DNA of 63,350 bases from an uncultured Dehalococcoidales bacterium (GTDB taxonomy: Bacteria > Chloroflexota > Dehalococcoidia > Dehalococcoidales > BS750m-G39): the NCBI GenBank assembly GCA_964505425.1, contig CAZDHX010000001.1, forward strand, positions 55,452 to 118,801, read 5' to 3'. Shown here in pieces: positions 38,251 to 46,783 of this stretch. The translations under genes and the position numbers were made by a program. The notes below the pieces were generated by a model, which saw only the letters and a list, made by a program, of their open reading frames with translations, did no database searches and was not told where the DNA came from. Every line of letters begins with the position of its first letter. Position 1 is the first letter of the stretch.

Positions 38251-38736
38251 TTATAAGCTCAAAAGGTATTCTTTCAGCCAGCCTAGGGCCGCCTCGGCGG
38301 CGCTTTTTTTATTCTGCTCCCGGTCTCCCTTGAAGTTGTATTTACGGGTGAGAGTTTTTGCCCCGTGCGCCAGCCCGACAAAGAACAGCCCCACCGGCTT
38401 CCCCGCTGCCGCCCCACCGGGCCCGGCGATGCCGGTATCAGCCAGGCAGATATCAACGCCCAGTATTTTTCTGCCACCCTGCGCCATCTCTTTGGCTACT
38501 TCAGGACTGACCGCACCGTATTGGTAGAGGGTCTCCTCTTTTACCCCCACCACCCGGACCTTGACCTCGTTGCTGTAGGCGGTTACCGAGCCTTTATAGT
38601 AGTCCGAGCTGCCGGGGACATTGGTGATGAGGTGTGAGACTAGCCCGCCGCTGGCGGACTCAACCACCCCCAGGGTTAACCCCTTCTTGAGGAGCAGGGC
38701 GCCGACCTCTTCCTCTACATTTACCTCCGGGCTCAT
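38251..38736 (-). CDS. pncC: CinA C-terminal domain / nicotinamide-nucleotide amidohydrolase
   Basis: VESASGG, PGSS.YY.G....YSNE.K, GAVS.EVA..MA.G, TGIAGPGG, KPVG. Confidence 0.9.
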   Translation of the reverse strand: MSPEVNVEEEVGALLLKKGLTLGVVESASGGLVSHLITNVPGSSDYYKGSVTAYSNEVKVRVVGVKEETLYQYGAVSPEVAKEMAQGGRKILGVDICLADTGIAGPGGAAAGKPVGLFFVGLAHGAKTLTRKYNFKGDREQNKKSAAEAALGWLKEYLLSL

Positions 38737-39869
38737 ATGAACCTCTCCATCAGGGAGTATATCGTCTCTTCGTCAACCTGCTTGCCGTTGCCGCTAAGCC
38801 TTTGCCTTGCCTGCTCCACGCTGTCATGCTTGAGGGAATTATCCAGGTCAGCCAGCCCCTCGTATATACCCAATCTTCGCCCGAGCTTGAAATTTTGCTG
38901 CTCTTCCGGCGATAGGGACTGGAATCTGGCGATGGTAGCCAGCATCTTCCCCTTGTCTTCGGGCAGTTTCCCCTCAATCTCCTGGAGCAAATTGGTAATA
39001 TGGTCGCTAACAAGGTTTGACTGGCAGTTGAGGTTTTCAATCAGTAGTTTCTCCTCTTCTATAATCTCCTCATCTGTTGCCCGAACGAAATTGCCGTTTT
39101 TGACCTCGTCGTATAAGGGCATGCCCGCCTTGACGGTCAGGGTCCTGATGCGGATAAAGTCCGGGTTTATCTCGTTTAATACCCTTGCCGTTTCGGTGGC
39201 ATGCTCCCGCCACATCTTCTTTCCCCCCAGCCCGAGGAGGACATATTCACATAGCGAGATGCCCGATTTCACTATGTTTTTGCCGCCTTTAATGTGCTCG
39301 GCGGCGGTAACCCCCTTGTCCATGTATTCGAGCAGGGGGTCATAGCCTGATTCCAGCCCGATGTGGAGTCGGGAAAGCCCGGCCTCATGGAGCTGTACTA
39401 GTTCCTCAAGTTTCTTTTTGGCGGCTGTCTTGGAGCGGCCGTAGCTGGTCACCCGGGTGATGGTGGGCAGGGTCTGCTTCAGGAATTTTATTACCTCAAC
39501 CAGCTCAGGAGTCCTCATAATCAGGGTATTGGCGTCCTGGAGGAAGGCGCTGGTGCCGCCGTTATAAAGCCAGAGGGCAACATTAAAGGAGGCTTCGTTT
39601 GGCGGGTTGTTGAGAATAGCCGCCGCCACCGCCTTCACCTTCTCCCCGTAGCCGGACTTCCACGAAGTCTCCTTCAGCCTGTCCTGTATTGCCTTGACGG
39701 CCAGTATATCCTGCTTTATTTCCTCCACTGGCCTCAGCTCAAATTTTTGCCCCTTGTAAACATGGCAGAACTTACACCGGTTCCAGGGGCAGTTCCTGGT
39801 TACTCTGAGGAGCAGGGAATAAGCCTCGCTTGGCGGTCTGATTGGTCCCAGTTCAAAGGAGTCAGTCAT
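38733..39869 (-). CDS. Radical SAM protein (IRPPSE family, C-x4-C-x2-C)
   Basis: IRPPSEA.SLLLRVTRNCPWNRCKFC, FLQDAN, IGLESG. Confidence 0.85.
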   Translation of the reverse strand: MTDSFELGPIRPPSEAYSLLLRVTRNCPWNRCKFCHVYKGQKFELRPVEEIKQDILAVKAIQDRLKETSWKSGYGEKVKAVAAAILNNPPNEASFNVALWLYNGGTSAFLQDANTLIMRTPELVEVIKFLKQTLPTITRVTSYGRSKTAAKKKLEELVQLHEAGLSRLHIGLESGYDPLLEYMDKGVTAAEHIKGGKNIVKSGISLCEYVLLGLGGKKMWREHATETARVLNEINPDFIRIRTLTVKAGMPLYDEVKNGNFVRATDEEIIEEEKLLIENLNCQSNLVSDHITNLLQEIEGKLPEDKGKMLATIARFQSLSPEEQQNFKLGRRLGIYEGLADLDNSLKHDSVEQARQRLSGNGKQVDEETIYSLMERFI

Positions 39870-39878
39870 TTTTCCTCT

Positions 39879-40541
39879 TTACAGGTAGCCGAGCACATAT
39901 TGCTTGATGAACTCAAAGTTGCGCTTTACCTTCTCCTCGCCAACGATAATATCCATATGTCCGGGAAGCAGGTACTCTATCTCCAGCTGGGATAACCTCT
40001 CTATGGACTGCTTGAGGGCGCTGGCACTGCCGCCGGGCAGGTCAACCCGCCCCGTATTCTGGTTGAAGATGACATCCCCGCAAATCAGGATTTTCTCACT
40101 CTGTGAGTAGAAGCAGACGCTGTCCGGGGAATGCCCCGGGGAGGGGATGAGCTCGAATTCCATTTCTCCGGTGTTGAGCTTGTTATTCTTAAATAGTTCA
40201 TCCGGGGTGAACTCCACGATGGGAGCGCTGAAGAATTTTGAAGTCTGGATAACACTCGCTTCCCAGGAAGCCTTTTGTACGGGGTGGATGATTATCTTGG
40301 CTCCGGAGATTTTCTTGAAGGCTTCATTCGACCAGCTGTGGTCGCCGTGGAGGTGGGTATTGGTGATAATATCTATCTCCTTGGGGTCAATGCCGTCCTG
40401 CTGCAGGTCTTGGAACAGAGCCGGCAGGAATTGGGTAAGACCGGGGTCAATGATGACGCTGGTCTTGTCCTTAATTACATAGGTATTGCAGTCCATCATT
40501 CCCTTTTCCGGGTAGAAGTATAGATTTTTCGTCAGCCTCAT
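39879..40541 (-). CDS. Metallo-beta-lactamase-fold hydrolase (glyoxalase II-like)
   Basis: THLHGDHS, SPGHSPDS, GDVIF, GRVDLPGG, LPGH. Confidence 0.9.
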   Translation of the reverse strand: MRLTKNLYFYPEKGMMDCNTYVIKDKTSVIIDPGLTQFLPALFQDLQQDGIDPKEIDIITNTHLHGDHSWSNEAFKKISGAKIIIHPVQKASWEASVIQTSKFFSAPIVEFTPDELFKNNKLNTGEMEFELIPSPGHSPDSVCFYSQSEKILICGDVIFNQNTGRVDLPGGSASALKQSIERLSQLEIEYLLPGHMDIIVGEEKVKRNFEFIKQYVLGYL

Positions 40542-40562
40542 GTTATTATTCCTTCTGTTATA

Positions 40563-40580
40563 TTGACTTGCACAAGTCAA
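40563..40580. promoter_or_regulatory. Perfect 8-2-8 palindrome between divergent genes, candidate operator
   Basis: TTGACTTG-CA-CAAGTCAA. Confidence 0.55.
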
Positions 40581-40643
40581 CTTTACATTATATAGTAACC
40601 GTGGGCTAAAATAAAATGCAATGGCTATAAAAGGAGGTTTTAC

Positions 40644-40856
40644 GTGAAGAGCATAGGTATGTTGGCTGGTATAATTGCCTTCCTTTGTATGATAATGGGT
40701 GTTCTCACCCTGGTGGGGGCGTTTCCTGAACTTGAGTCACTTCCTGAGGAGTTTACCTGGAACGTTTGGTTCTGGCTCTCCGCCCTGCTATTTTTAGCCA
40801 ATATTGCCTGTATCGCCGGTGGTGGTCGCCGGGGTGGCGGTGGTGAGGAGTTTTAG
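40644..40856 (+). CDS. Small two-TM membrane protein
   Basis: GTG after AAGGAGG; two hydrophobic helices. Confidence 0.75.
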   Translation: MKSIGMLAGIIAFLCMIMGVLTLVGAFPELESLPEEFTWNVWFWLSALLFLANIACIAGGGRRGGGGEEF

Positions 40857-40881
40857 CCGGCTTGATTAGGCAAGCGTAATT

Positions 40882-41163
40882 GTGTCTATTTCCGGAAGGG
40901 TGACAAGGATTTCACTGCATGTTCAGCCCGGTGCCTCCAGGAATGAGGTGCTGGGCTTTACCGGTGGTGTATTGAGGGTAAAGGTAGCGGCACCACCGGT
41001 TAGGGGTAAAGCCAATAAAGAACTGGTTGCTTTTCTCAGCCAGATATTGGGTGTGAGCCAGGGAGCTTTAACCATTATACATGGTCGTGCTTCCAGAAAT
41101 AAGGTCCTGGCTATTGATGGCTTGAGCGAGGAGCAAGTTGTGAAACGGCTCCTCCCCGGCTAA
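40882..41163 (+). CDS. DUF167/YggU family protein
   Basis: VQPGASRNEV, LRVKVAAPPV.GKAN.EL, I.HG..SRNK. Confidence 0.92.
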   Translation: MSISGRVTRISLHVQPGASRNEVLGFTGGVLRVKVAAPPVRGKANKELVAFLSQILGVSQGALTIIHGRASRNKVLAIDGLSEEQVVKRLLPG

Positions 41164-42017
41164 GCCCTATTCTTCTTACCCTTCTTTCGGCGCCAGTAGA
41201 TAATGCCGAGTACGGTTCCCCAGACGGGGATGAATATTATCAGCCAGATGACTAGAATGGCAAGCCACTGCCCGAAGGTAACAATCCCTCTGACTGCGGA
41301 CTTGAGTGCTTCCAGGGCACTCCAGCCGGCATGAACCAACGGTTTTTCTGAGGCCTCTGGCTTCAGGTAAACCGAAATCAGGCTCATTGATGCCGTTCGC
41401 TCCAGATATTGCATTTGCCCCTTGATTTGCTCTATCTCCTGACGCACGCGGGAGAGGCTGTCATAGATTTTGAGGATGTCCTCAACATCGGTGGCTTCTT
41501 CCAGGAGGGCGAGGTACTGTTTTTCCGTTGCCTCGGCGTTGTTGAGCCTTGCCTGGAGGTCGGTATACTCTTGGGTGACATCCTGGCTATTGGTGTTCTC
41601 CGATGTTACCCTTACTGCCAGCGCTCTGAGTTCGGCGAGCGCCTGGTCAAACTTTTCGTCGACCACCCGGATGGAAATCCACCCCCTCATCTCATCTTCC
41701 TCCCCCGAAATCTGTGATGATACCACATAGCCGTCAAACCTCGCCGCAAGCTGGGCGATATCATCACGGGCATTGATTACGTCTTTTACTATCAGCGACA
41801 TATCTCCGGCGCGGACTATCATCCGGTCTTCATAAGTCGCCGTTACAGTCGTAGTCGTATATTCCTCGTCCCCCTTCACCACCGTTGGCGGCACTGATGT
41901 GGGATATGGTGCTTCTTGTGGCATCATTGCCCCTTCCTCTGGGGATGGCGCCGCGGCACATGAGACCGCTCCCAGCAGTAGCGACACTAAAACAAGTCCA
42001 ATTATCAGCCTTTTCAT
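41160..42017 (-). CDS. DUF4349 family lipoprotein with a C-terminal TM anchor
   Basis: Lipobox AVSC, RMIVR.GDM, DVT.EY.DL.ARL, IEQIKGQ..YL, C-terminal TM and basic tail. Confidence 0.88.
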   Translation of the reverse strand: MKRLIIGLVLVSLLLGAVSCAAAPSPEEGAMMPQEAPYPTSVPPTVVKGDEEYTTTTVTATYEDRMIVRAGDMSLIVKDVINARDDIAQLAARFDGYVVSSQISGEEDEMRGWISIRVVDEKFDQALAELRALAVRVTSENTNSQDVTQEYTDLQARLNNAEATEKQYLALLEEATDVEDILKIYDSLSRVRQEIEQIKGQMQYLERTASMSLISVYLKPEASEKPLVHAGWSALEALKSAVRGIVTFGQWLAILVIWLIIFIPVWGTVLGIIYWRRKKGKKNRA

Positions 42018-42100
42018 AACAAAATCCTTCCTGTTAGCCGTAGTCTACTATACTATAACGCAGAGGGAATGAAAAGGTTAGGACGCTGAGAGGTCTCTGT

Positions 42101-43120
42101 CTAAGATAATGTATTAATAGGATTAAGCTCAGTCGCTTCATTTAATAAACCAGCGAAACGAAATGTATCAATTACAAGCGTTTGTGCCTCATCTTGACGG
42201 ATTTGTCTCTTTCCCTTTGACCCTTTATTATATATGGGGTTTACCAATGCTTTGGCTTCGTCAAGTAGAGCTTGCTTAGCAGGAGGCACTTTCTTAGAAT
42301 AAGCGTCTATGTAAGCAAGGAGCCTATTCTTCTCCTTATTCGCTGATACATCTAGCGGTTGCCCATTTTGTGTTACATAGGTTTGCTTAGGAACTTTCCA
42401 GAGTAGCGTACCTAGTTTGATAACTACATTTCGGCAAGTGAGAGCGCAAGCATTCCAGCTAGCTGGGCTACTGGAACTAAGGTTATCAACAGCTACTATC
42501 AGTTCACCCCCCACAGGGGTTTCAAGAGCATCAAGTTTGTCAGTTATCAATTTGTAATTTGGGCCCAATAGGTCTACCCTGTCCTTCTCTCTAGTTGCTT
42601 CAATCCAAATGCTACTTACATAGTCATAAATATAGGCTCTTAGTGTTATTAGGATAGACTTGATTCTACTTTGGAATATGTTTGTTTGAAGTATTAGATT
42701 GGTAATCTCTCGGCTGTCCAAAGCGCTAGTTGGAGGGGGTGGTAGCTGGTTTTCCATTTCATAGACGCTTAGTGTTACTAATTTATTCTTTACAGGTGTT
42801 CTTTCGCCCTGAGGTTCTTTCAGTAATTCGTTAATTACATCGTCAATATTTAGCTTTTTCACATCTTCCACGGCACACAATTTTGTGTACATTAGCCCAG
42901 CTTCCCTATATGCTGGGTCAGTAAAGGGTTTTCCTTGATAAGGTAAATTGCGCAAGCCGTGGGTCAATATATCTATCAGGGCGGCCATTGCCATGTCACC
43001 TCTCATATTCGCCAGCAGCCGCGCTTGACTGAGCACGCTACTGAGGGGTTCGGCGCCATTTAGTCGCTCTATTATCGCTTGCGCCACTGTGATTTTTCTG
43101 TCTAAATCGCGGCTAATCAT
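42101..43120 (-). CDS. Hypothetical protein with an AbiTii-like N-terminal domain
   Basis: IIERLNGAEPLSSVLSQARLLANMRGD...ALIDILTHG resembles the AbiTii pattern (LS.LL.KA..LA..LG......WI..EL.GY). AT-rich, with own extended -10. Confidence 0.5.
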   Translation of the reverse strand: MISRDLDRKITVAQAIIERLNGAEPLSSVLSQARLLANMRGDMAMAALIDILTHGLRNLPYQGKPFTDPAYREAGLMYTKLCAVEDVKKLNIDDVINELLKEPQGERTPVKNKLVTLSVYEMENQLPPPPTSALDSREITNLILQTNIFQSRIKSILITLRAYIYDYVSSIWIEATREKDRVDLLGPNYKLITDKLDALETPVGGELIVAVDNLSSSSPASWNACALTCRNVVIKLGTLLWKVPKQTYVTQNGQPLDVSANKEKNRLLAYIDAYSKKVPPAKQALLDEAKALVNPIYNKGSKGKRQIRQDEAQTLVIDTFRFAGLLNEATELNPINTLS

Positions 43121-43175
43121 TGTAAATCTATTTTATCACATCCCATTGATTGTAAATAGGATAAAAGATTGTCTC

Positions 43176-45566
43176 TTACTTCTCCACCCTAACCCAGAGC
43201 CTCTCGCCATCGGTGGTGAATTCTATAGTTCCCTGCTCATCGGTGCGGAATGTGTTTTCTGAGCCTAGAGCCTGCTCAAGTCTTGTCATGACCTCATCGC
43301 TGGGGTGACCGTAGCTGTTCTCCCCCACCGATATGACCGCCACCTCCGGGTTAGCCGCCGCCAGAAATTCGGCGGTGGTGGAGGTTTTTGAGCCGTGGTG
43401 GGCAACCTTGAGCACGGTGCTGGCTAATTCAGCCCCGCGGCTGATAAGCTCAAACTCTGCCTCCCACATAATATCGGCGGCGAGCAAAAAGCTCGCCCTG
43501 CCCCGTCTCAGGCGCAATACCACCCCGTTGTTGTCTATATCGGACTCGGTGCCGGTTAAGAGGGGAGTTTGGGGGTTGAGCACGCTTATCGTTACCCCAT
43601 CGCCCAGGTCAACCTCCTGTCCCGCTTGCGCCAGTGTATATTCAATGTCCTTTCCCTCAATAAGGTTTAGCCATTCTTCATATAGAGGCGAGTCATCATC
43701 TAAATCGGGGTAGAGCACCTGCTCCACCTGATATCGTTGCAGGACCGCCACCAGCCCGCCGATGTGGTCGGCGTGGGGGTGGGTCAGTACCACCAGCTCT
43801 ATAGTCCTGTCCCAGAAGGGCATCTTATCCCCCAGCCCCAGGGTCAGGGCTTGGGGGCTGGGCCCGCCGTCAACCAGAACCTGCTGATTTCCCTTTTGAA
43901 TCAGGACGGCGTCACCCTCGCCGACGTCAAGGAAGCTTACGTGGAGCTCGTCATCGGGCATAGAGGCGGCGGCTACCGATGCCAGGATAGCCATTATTAA
44001 CAGCGGCGGTATAACCCACTTAATGGGCAGTCGTGAAACGAGGCTGGTGGTCCTTGTTGCCCCCGACCTCAGCCAGTTTTTGAGTCTCTGGCTGCTGATA
44101 AGCCAGATAGCAGCGGCTAGGGCGGAATAGTAGACCACTATCGCCGCGGTGCCAAACGAGCCCACCTTGATAGATGAGGGAAGAGAGGCGAAGCCGGTTA
44201 CTATCAGCAGCATATAGGATAAGAACAGCCAGGCAAGCCAGCCCAGAGCCTGGGCGACAAGCGGGACAAAAAGCCCGATTAGCCCCACCAGAGCCCCGCT
44301 GGCAATAACGAGGGGCATTGCCGGCAGGGCAAGAAAGGTAGCCAGGGGACCAGCCAGGGAAACGATACCGAAGTAGTGGGCAACGAGCGGCCAGACGGCG
44401 ATGGTTGCCGCCAGGGTGACACCAAAACTGTCGGTAACGATGTTGGCCAGGGATACGCCTATCCCCTCCTCGCCAATGGCTTTGTTAACCGCCCTTCTCC
44501 CCAAATTCATGAGGGGTGGGGCGAGGAAGATTAAGCCCGCCATGGCCAGGAAGCTGAGCTGAAAAGAAGCATCCCACAGGATTGTGGGGTTAATGCCCAC
44601 CATTATGGCGGCGGCGAAGGCAAGCGAGGTGATGGCGGTGCGCTGCCTGCCCAGAAGCTCGGCGGCGAGGAAGACACTGGCCATAATCGCTCCCCTTATT
44701 ACCGGGGTGTGCATGCCGGTAATCAGGGCAAAGAGCCAGATTGCACCCAGCGCCAGCCAGATGTATATATAGCGTCTCCTGCCGAAGAGCCATATGCCGA
44801 TGCTGAGCAGCATGCCTGCCATGATAGCCAGGTGGAGCCCGGAGATAGCCAGCAGGTGAGCGGTGCCGGTGTGAACGAAATCGTCCTTAATATCCGGGGG
44901 GATATTATACCTGATGCCCAAAACAATCCCCTGGGCTAGAGATGCCTGCGGCTCGGGGAGGACCTGAGCCAGGGTGTTAGATAGGCTGTTTCTCAGTGAG
45001 TAGAGCCATGCCAGCGGCTTAAAACCCTTGCCGGTGTCCAAAGTTTCTATTTTGGGGTAGAGCATGGTGGCATAGATTCCCTGGCGTTCCAGGTAGCCTT
45101 CATAGTCAAATTCGCCAAGCTGGGGTGGTGTCTCCAGCTTTCCCACCACCTGAAGCTCATCGCTGTAGTGATAGGTGGGGTAGCGGGGGGCAAATAACAG
45201 GGCATCACCGGATATTTCCTGCCACCCCTCACCCCCTTTTATTTCGATATCTGACAGGCGGATATGGGTCGTCTTATCCCCTACCTCGGGGTCGGCGTCG
45301 ATAACGCCCCTGATTTCAACCTGCTGGCTGTTGTAGTACTGTATATGGCTTTCGTCATCGGGGGGCAAAGACGCCGGAAAGAGTAGAGCGCCGCCAAAGA
45401 AGGCGATAAGGCAGACTGCGGCCAGGATTATTGCCCGGCGATGTTTAGAAAAGAAAAGCAGGGGGAGTGGGGCAAGCCCGATAAAGATTAAGGCCCAGGG
45501 CAGGGCGAACTTTGACCCCAGATAAATCCCCGCCACCCAGGCACAACTTAGATAGATAAGCGCCAC
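43176..45566 (-). CDS. comEC: DNA uptake channel ComEC/Rec2
   Basis: OB domain, HLLAISGLH, RGAIMA, SFQLSF.A, MBL domain DVGEGDA, THPHADHIGG, KVAHHGS, YGHP. Confidence 0.96.
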   Translation of the reverse strand: MALIYLSCAWVAGIYLGSKFALPWALIFIGLAPLPLLFFSKHRRAIILAAVCLIAFFGGALLFPASLPPDDESHIQYYNSQQVEIRGVIDADPEVGDKTTHIRLSDIEIKGGEGWQEISGDALLFAPRYPTYHYSDELQVVGKLETPPQLGEFDYEGYLERQGIYATMLYPKIETLDTGKGFKPLAWLYSLRNSLSNTLAQVLPEPQASLAQGIVLGIRYNIPPDIKDDFVHTGTAHLLAISGLHLAIMAGMLLSIGIWLFGRRRYIYIWLALGAIWLFALITGMHTPVIRGAIMASVFLAAELLGRQRTAITSLAFAAAIMVGINPTILWDASFQLSFLAMAGLIFLAPPLMNLGRRAVNKAIGEEGIGVSLANIVTDSFGVTLAATIAVWPLVAHYFGIVSLAGPLATFLALPAMPLVIASGALVGLIGLFVPLVAQALGWLAWLFLSYMLLIVTGFASLPSSIKVGSFGTAAIVVYYSALAAAIWLISSQRLKNWLRSGATRTTSLVSRLPIKWVIPPLLIMAILASVAAASMPDDELHVSFLDVGEGDAVLIQKGNQQVLVDGGPSPQALTLGLGDKMPFWDRTIELVVLTHPHADHIGGLVAVLQRYQVEQVLYPDLDDDSPLYEEWLNLIEGKDIEYTLAQAGQEVDLGDGVTISVLNPQTPLLTGTESDIDNNGVVLRLRRGRASFLLAADIMWEAEFELISRGAELASTVLKVAHHGSKTSTTAEFLAAANPEVAVISVGENSYGHPSDEVMTRLEQALGSENTFRTDEQGTIEFTTDGERLWVRVEK

Positions 45567-45578
45567 TATTCACCACCA

Positions 45579-46076
45579 TTAGTCGGCGACAGTAATCAGC
45601 TCTTTAATCTGCTCGTAGGTTGAGGGTCCTATCCCGTCAACATTGGTTATTTCGGTGATATTGCGGAAGCCGCCATTTGTCTGGCGATAGCTGATGATTG
45701 CTTGAGCCCGACTTTCGCCGATGTCGGGCAGGGCTTCTAAGAGCCAGGCTTCAGCCCGGTTAAGGTCAATCTTTTGTGGTCCTTCCTTCTCCCCGATACT
45801 GGGGATATAGAGCTCAAGCCGGTCAGGGTCGGCGTTATCAGTGGTGCCCCCGGCGGCTTGAATCAGGGCTTCAAGGCTATCCCCGGATTGCAGGGGATAA
45901 AAACCAGGGTTACTTACGGCACCACCGAGGTAAATCTCGCCCTCCAGTTCTTGGCTTGGTGGTGGGGAAATCTCTATGTGGTGGGCGGGGCTATACCTTG
46001 ACCAGATTACTGCGCCCCCGATGATAATAACGGCTATCAGCAGGATGATGCTCAGCGTCCAGTATTTCTTGGTCAT
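45579..46076 (-). CDS. comEA: ComEA DNA receptor (TM, SLBB and HhH domains)
   Basis: GAVSNPGFY, IDLNRA....LEALPDIG..RAQAII.YR...GGF...E.ITNVDGIG. Start moved to ATG 46076. Confidence 0.93.
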   Translation of the reverse strand: MTKKYWTLSIILLIAVIIIGGAVIWSRYSPAHHIEISPPPSQELEGEIYLGGAVSNPGFYPLQSGDSLEALIQAAGGTTDNADPDRLELYIPSIGEKEGPQKIDLNRAEAWLLEALPDIGESRAQAIISYRQTNGGFRNITEITNVDGIGPSTYEQIKELITVAD

Positions 46077-46147
46077 GGCAAGCCTCCGTAATGTTAGCTT
46101 CACCCAGTATAGCAGAATAAGAGTGGGCAATGAATATGTTTCGGGGG

Positions 46148-46184
46148 TCTGGACAGGGGGTGGGGACTGGGGTATAATAGCGCC
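46148..46184 (+). promoter_or_regulatory. Sigma70 promoter, copy 1 of a 37-bp duplicated sequence
   Basis: TGGACA-17-TATAAT; 33/37 identical to 46720-46756. Confidence 0.8.
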
Positions 46185-46206
46185 AATATTATTATGGAGG
46201 TGAATC

Positions 46207-46611
46207 TTGTTAAAAGCTCTAAAGATCTTGATAATCATCTGGTCGGCGTTTGGGATTTTGATTGGTCTGGGCATGATATTTGCTCCTCAACAAATGGGTA
46301 ACATGCAGGGTTACGCAACGGAGGGACCCGCCTACATACCCTATATGCTGGCTTCGATTGGCGCCATGCTCGTGGTGAGTTCATCCTTTATCATAGCCGC
46401 CGTGTCACGGGACCTGCTGAAGAACATTCTCTGGGTACAGTTTGCCATAGCGGGGGCTATTATTTCTGTAGCCGTCGCTGTGTACGCAATGCTGATGGGT
46501 TTCGTTAACTTCCAGCAGGTGGGAATGAGCGTTATCATGGATGGCGCCTTCGCTGTGGCTTTCCTGGCGCTGTATCCCTGGGGTGGTGCGGCACGCAGTC
46601 GCAAGAAGTAA
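46207..46611 (+). CDS. Four-helix hypothetical membrane protein
   Basis: TTG after GGAGGTGA; four hydrophobic segments. Confidence 0.75.
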   Translation: MLKALKILIIIWSAFGILIGLGMIFAPQQMGNMQGYATEGPAYIPYMLASIGAMLVVSSSFIIAAVSRDLLKNILWVQFAIAGAIISVAVAVYAMLMGFVNFQQVGMSVIMDGAFAVAFLALYPWGGAARSRKK

Positions 46612-46669
46612 GTAAGTTTAGATTTTTATAATTGGTCTGCTTGTAGGTCGTACTTTCCGTAGGAGACTT

Positions 46670-46694
46670 GAGAGGGGGCTTTAGCCCCCTCTTT
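46670..46694. repeat. REP-like element, hairpin-B-only copy (possible terminator)
   Basis: GAGAGGGGGC-TTTA-GCCCCCTCTTTT. Confidence 0.75.
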
Positions 46695-46719
46695 TCTTTT
46701 GCTCCTTGCCTTCCGGCGG

Positions 46720-46756
46720 TCTAGACAGGGGGCGAGGGCTGGGGTATAATAGCGCC
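46720..46756 (+). promoter_or_regulatory. Sigma70 promoter, copy 2 of the 37-bp duplicated sequence
   Basis: TAGACA-17-TATAAT. Confidence 0.8.
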
Positions 46757-46783
46757 GGTTTCATGCCTTATTGAGGAGGGCTT

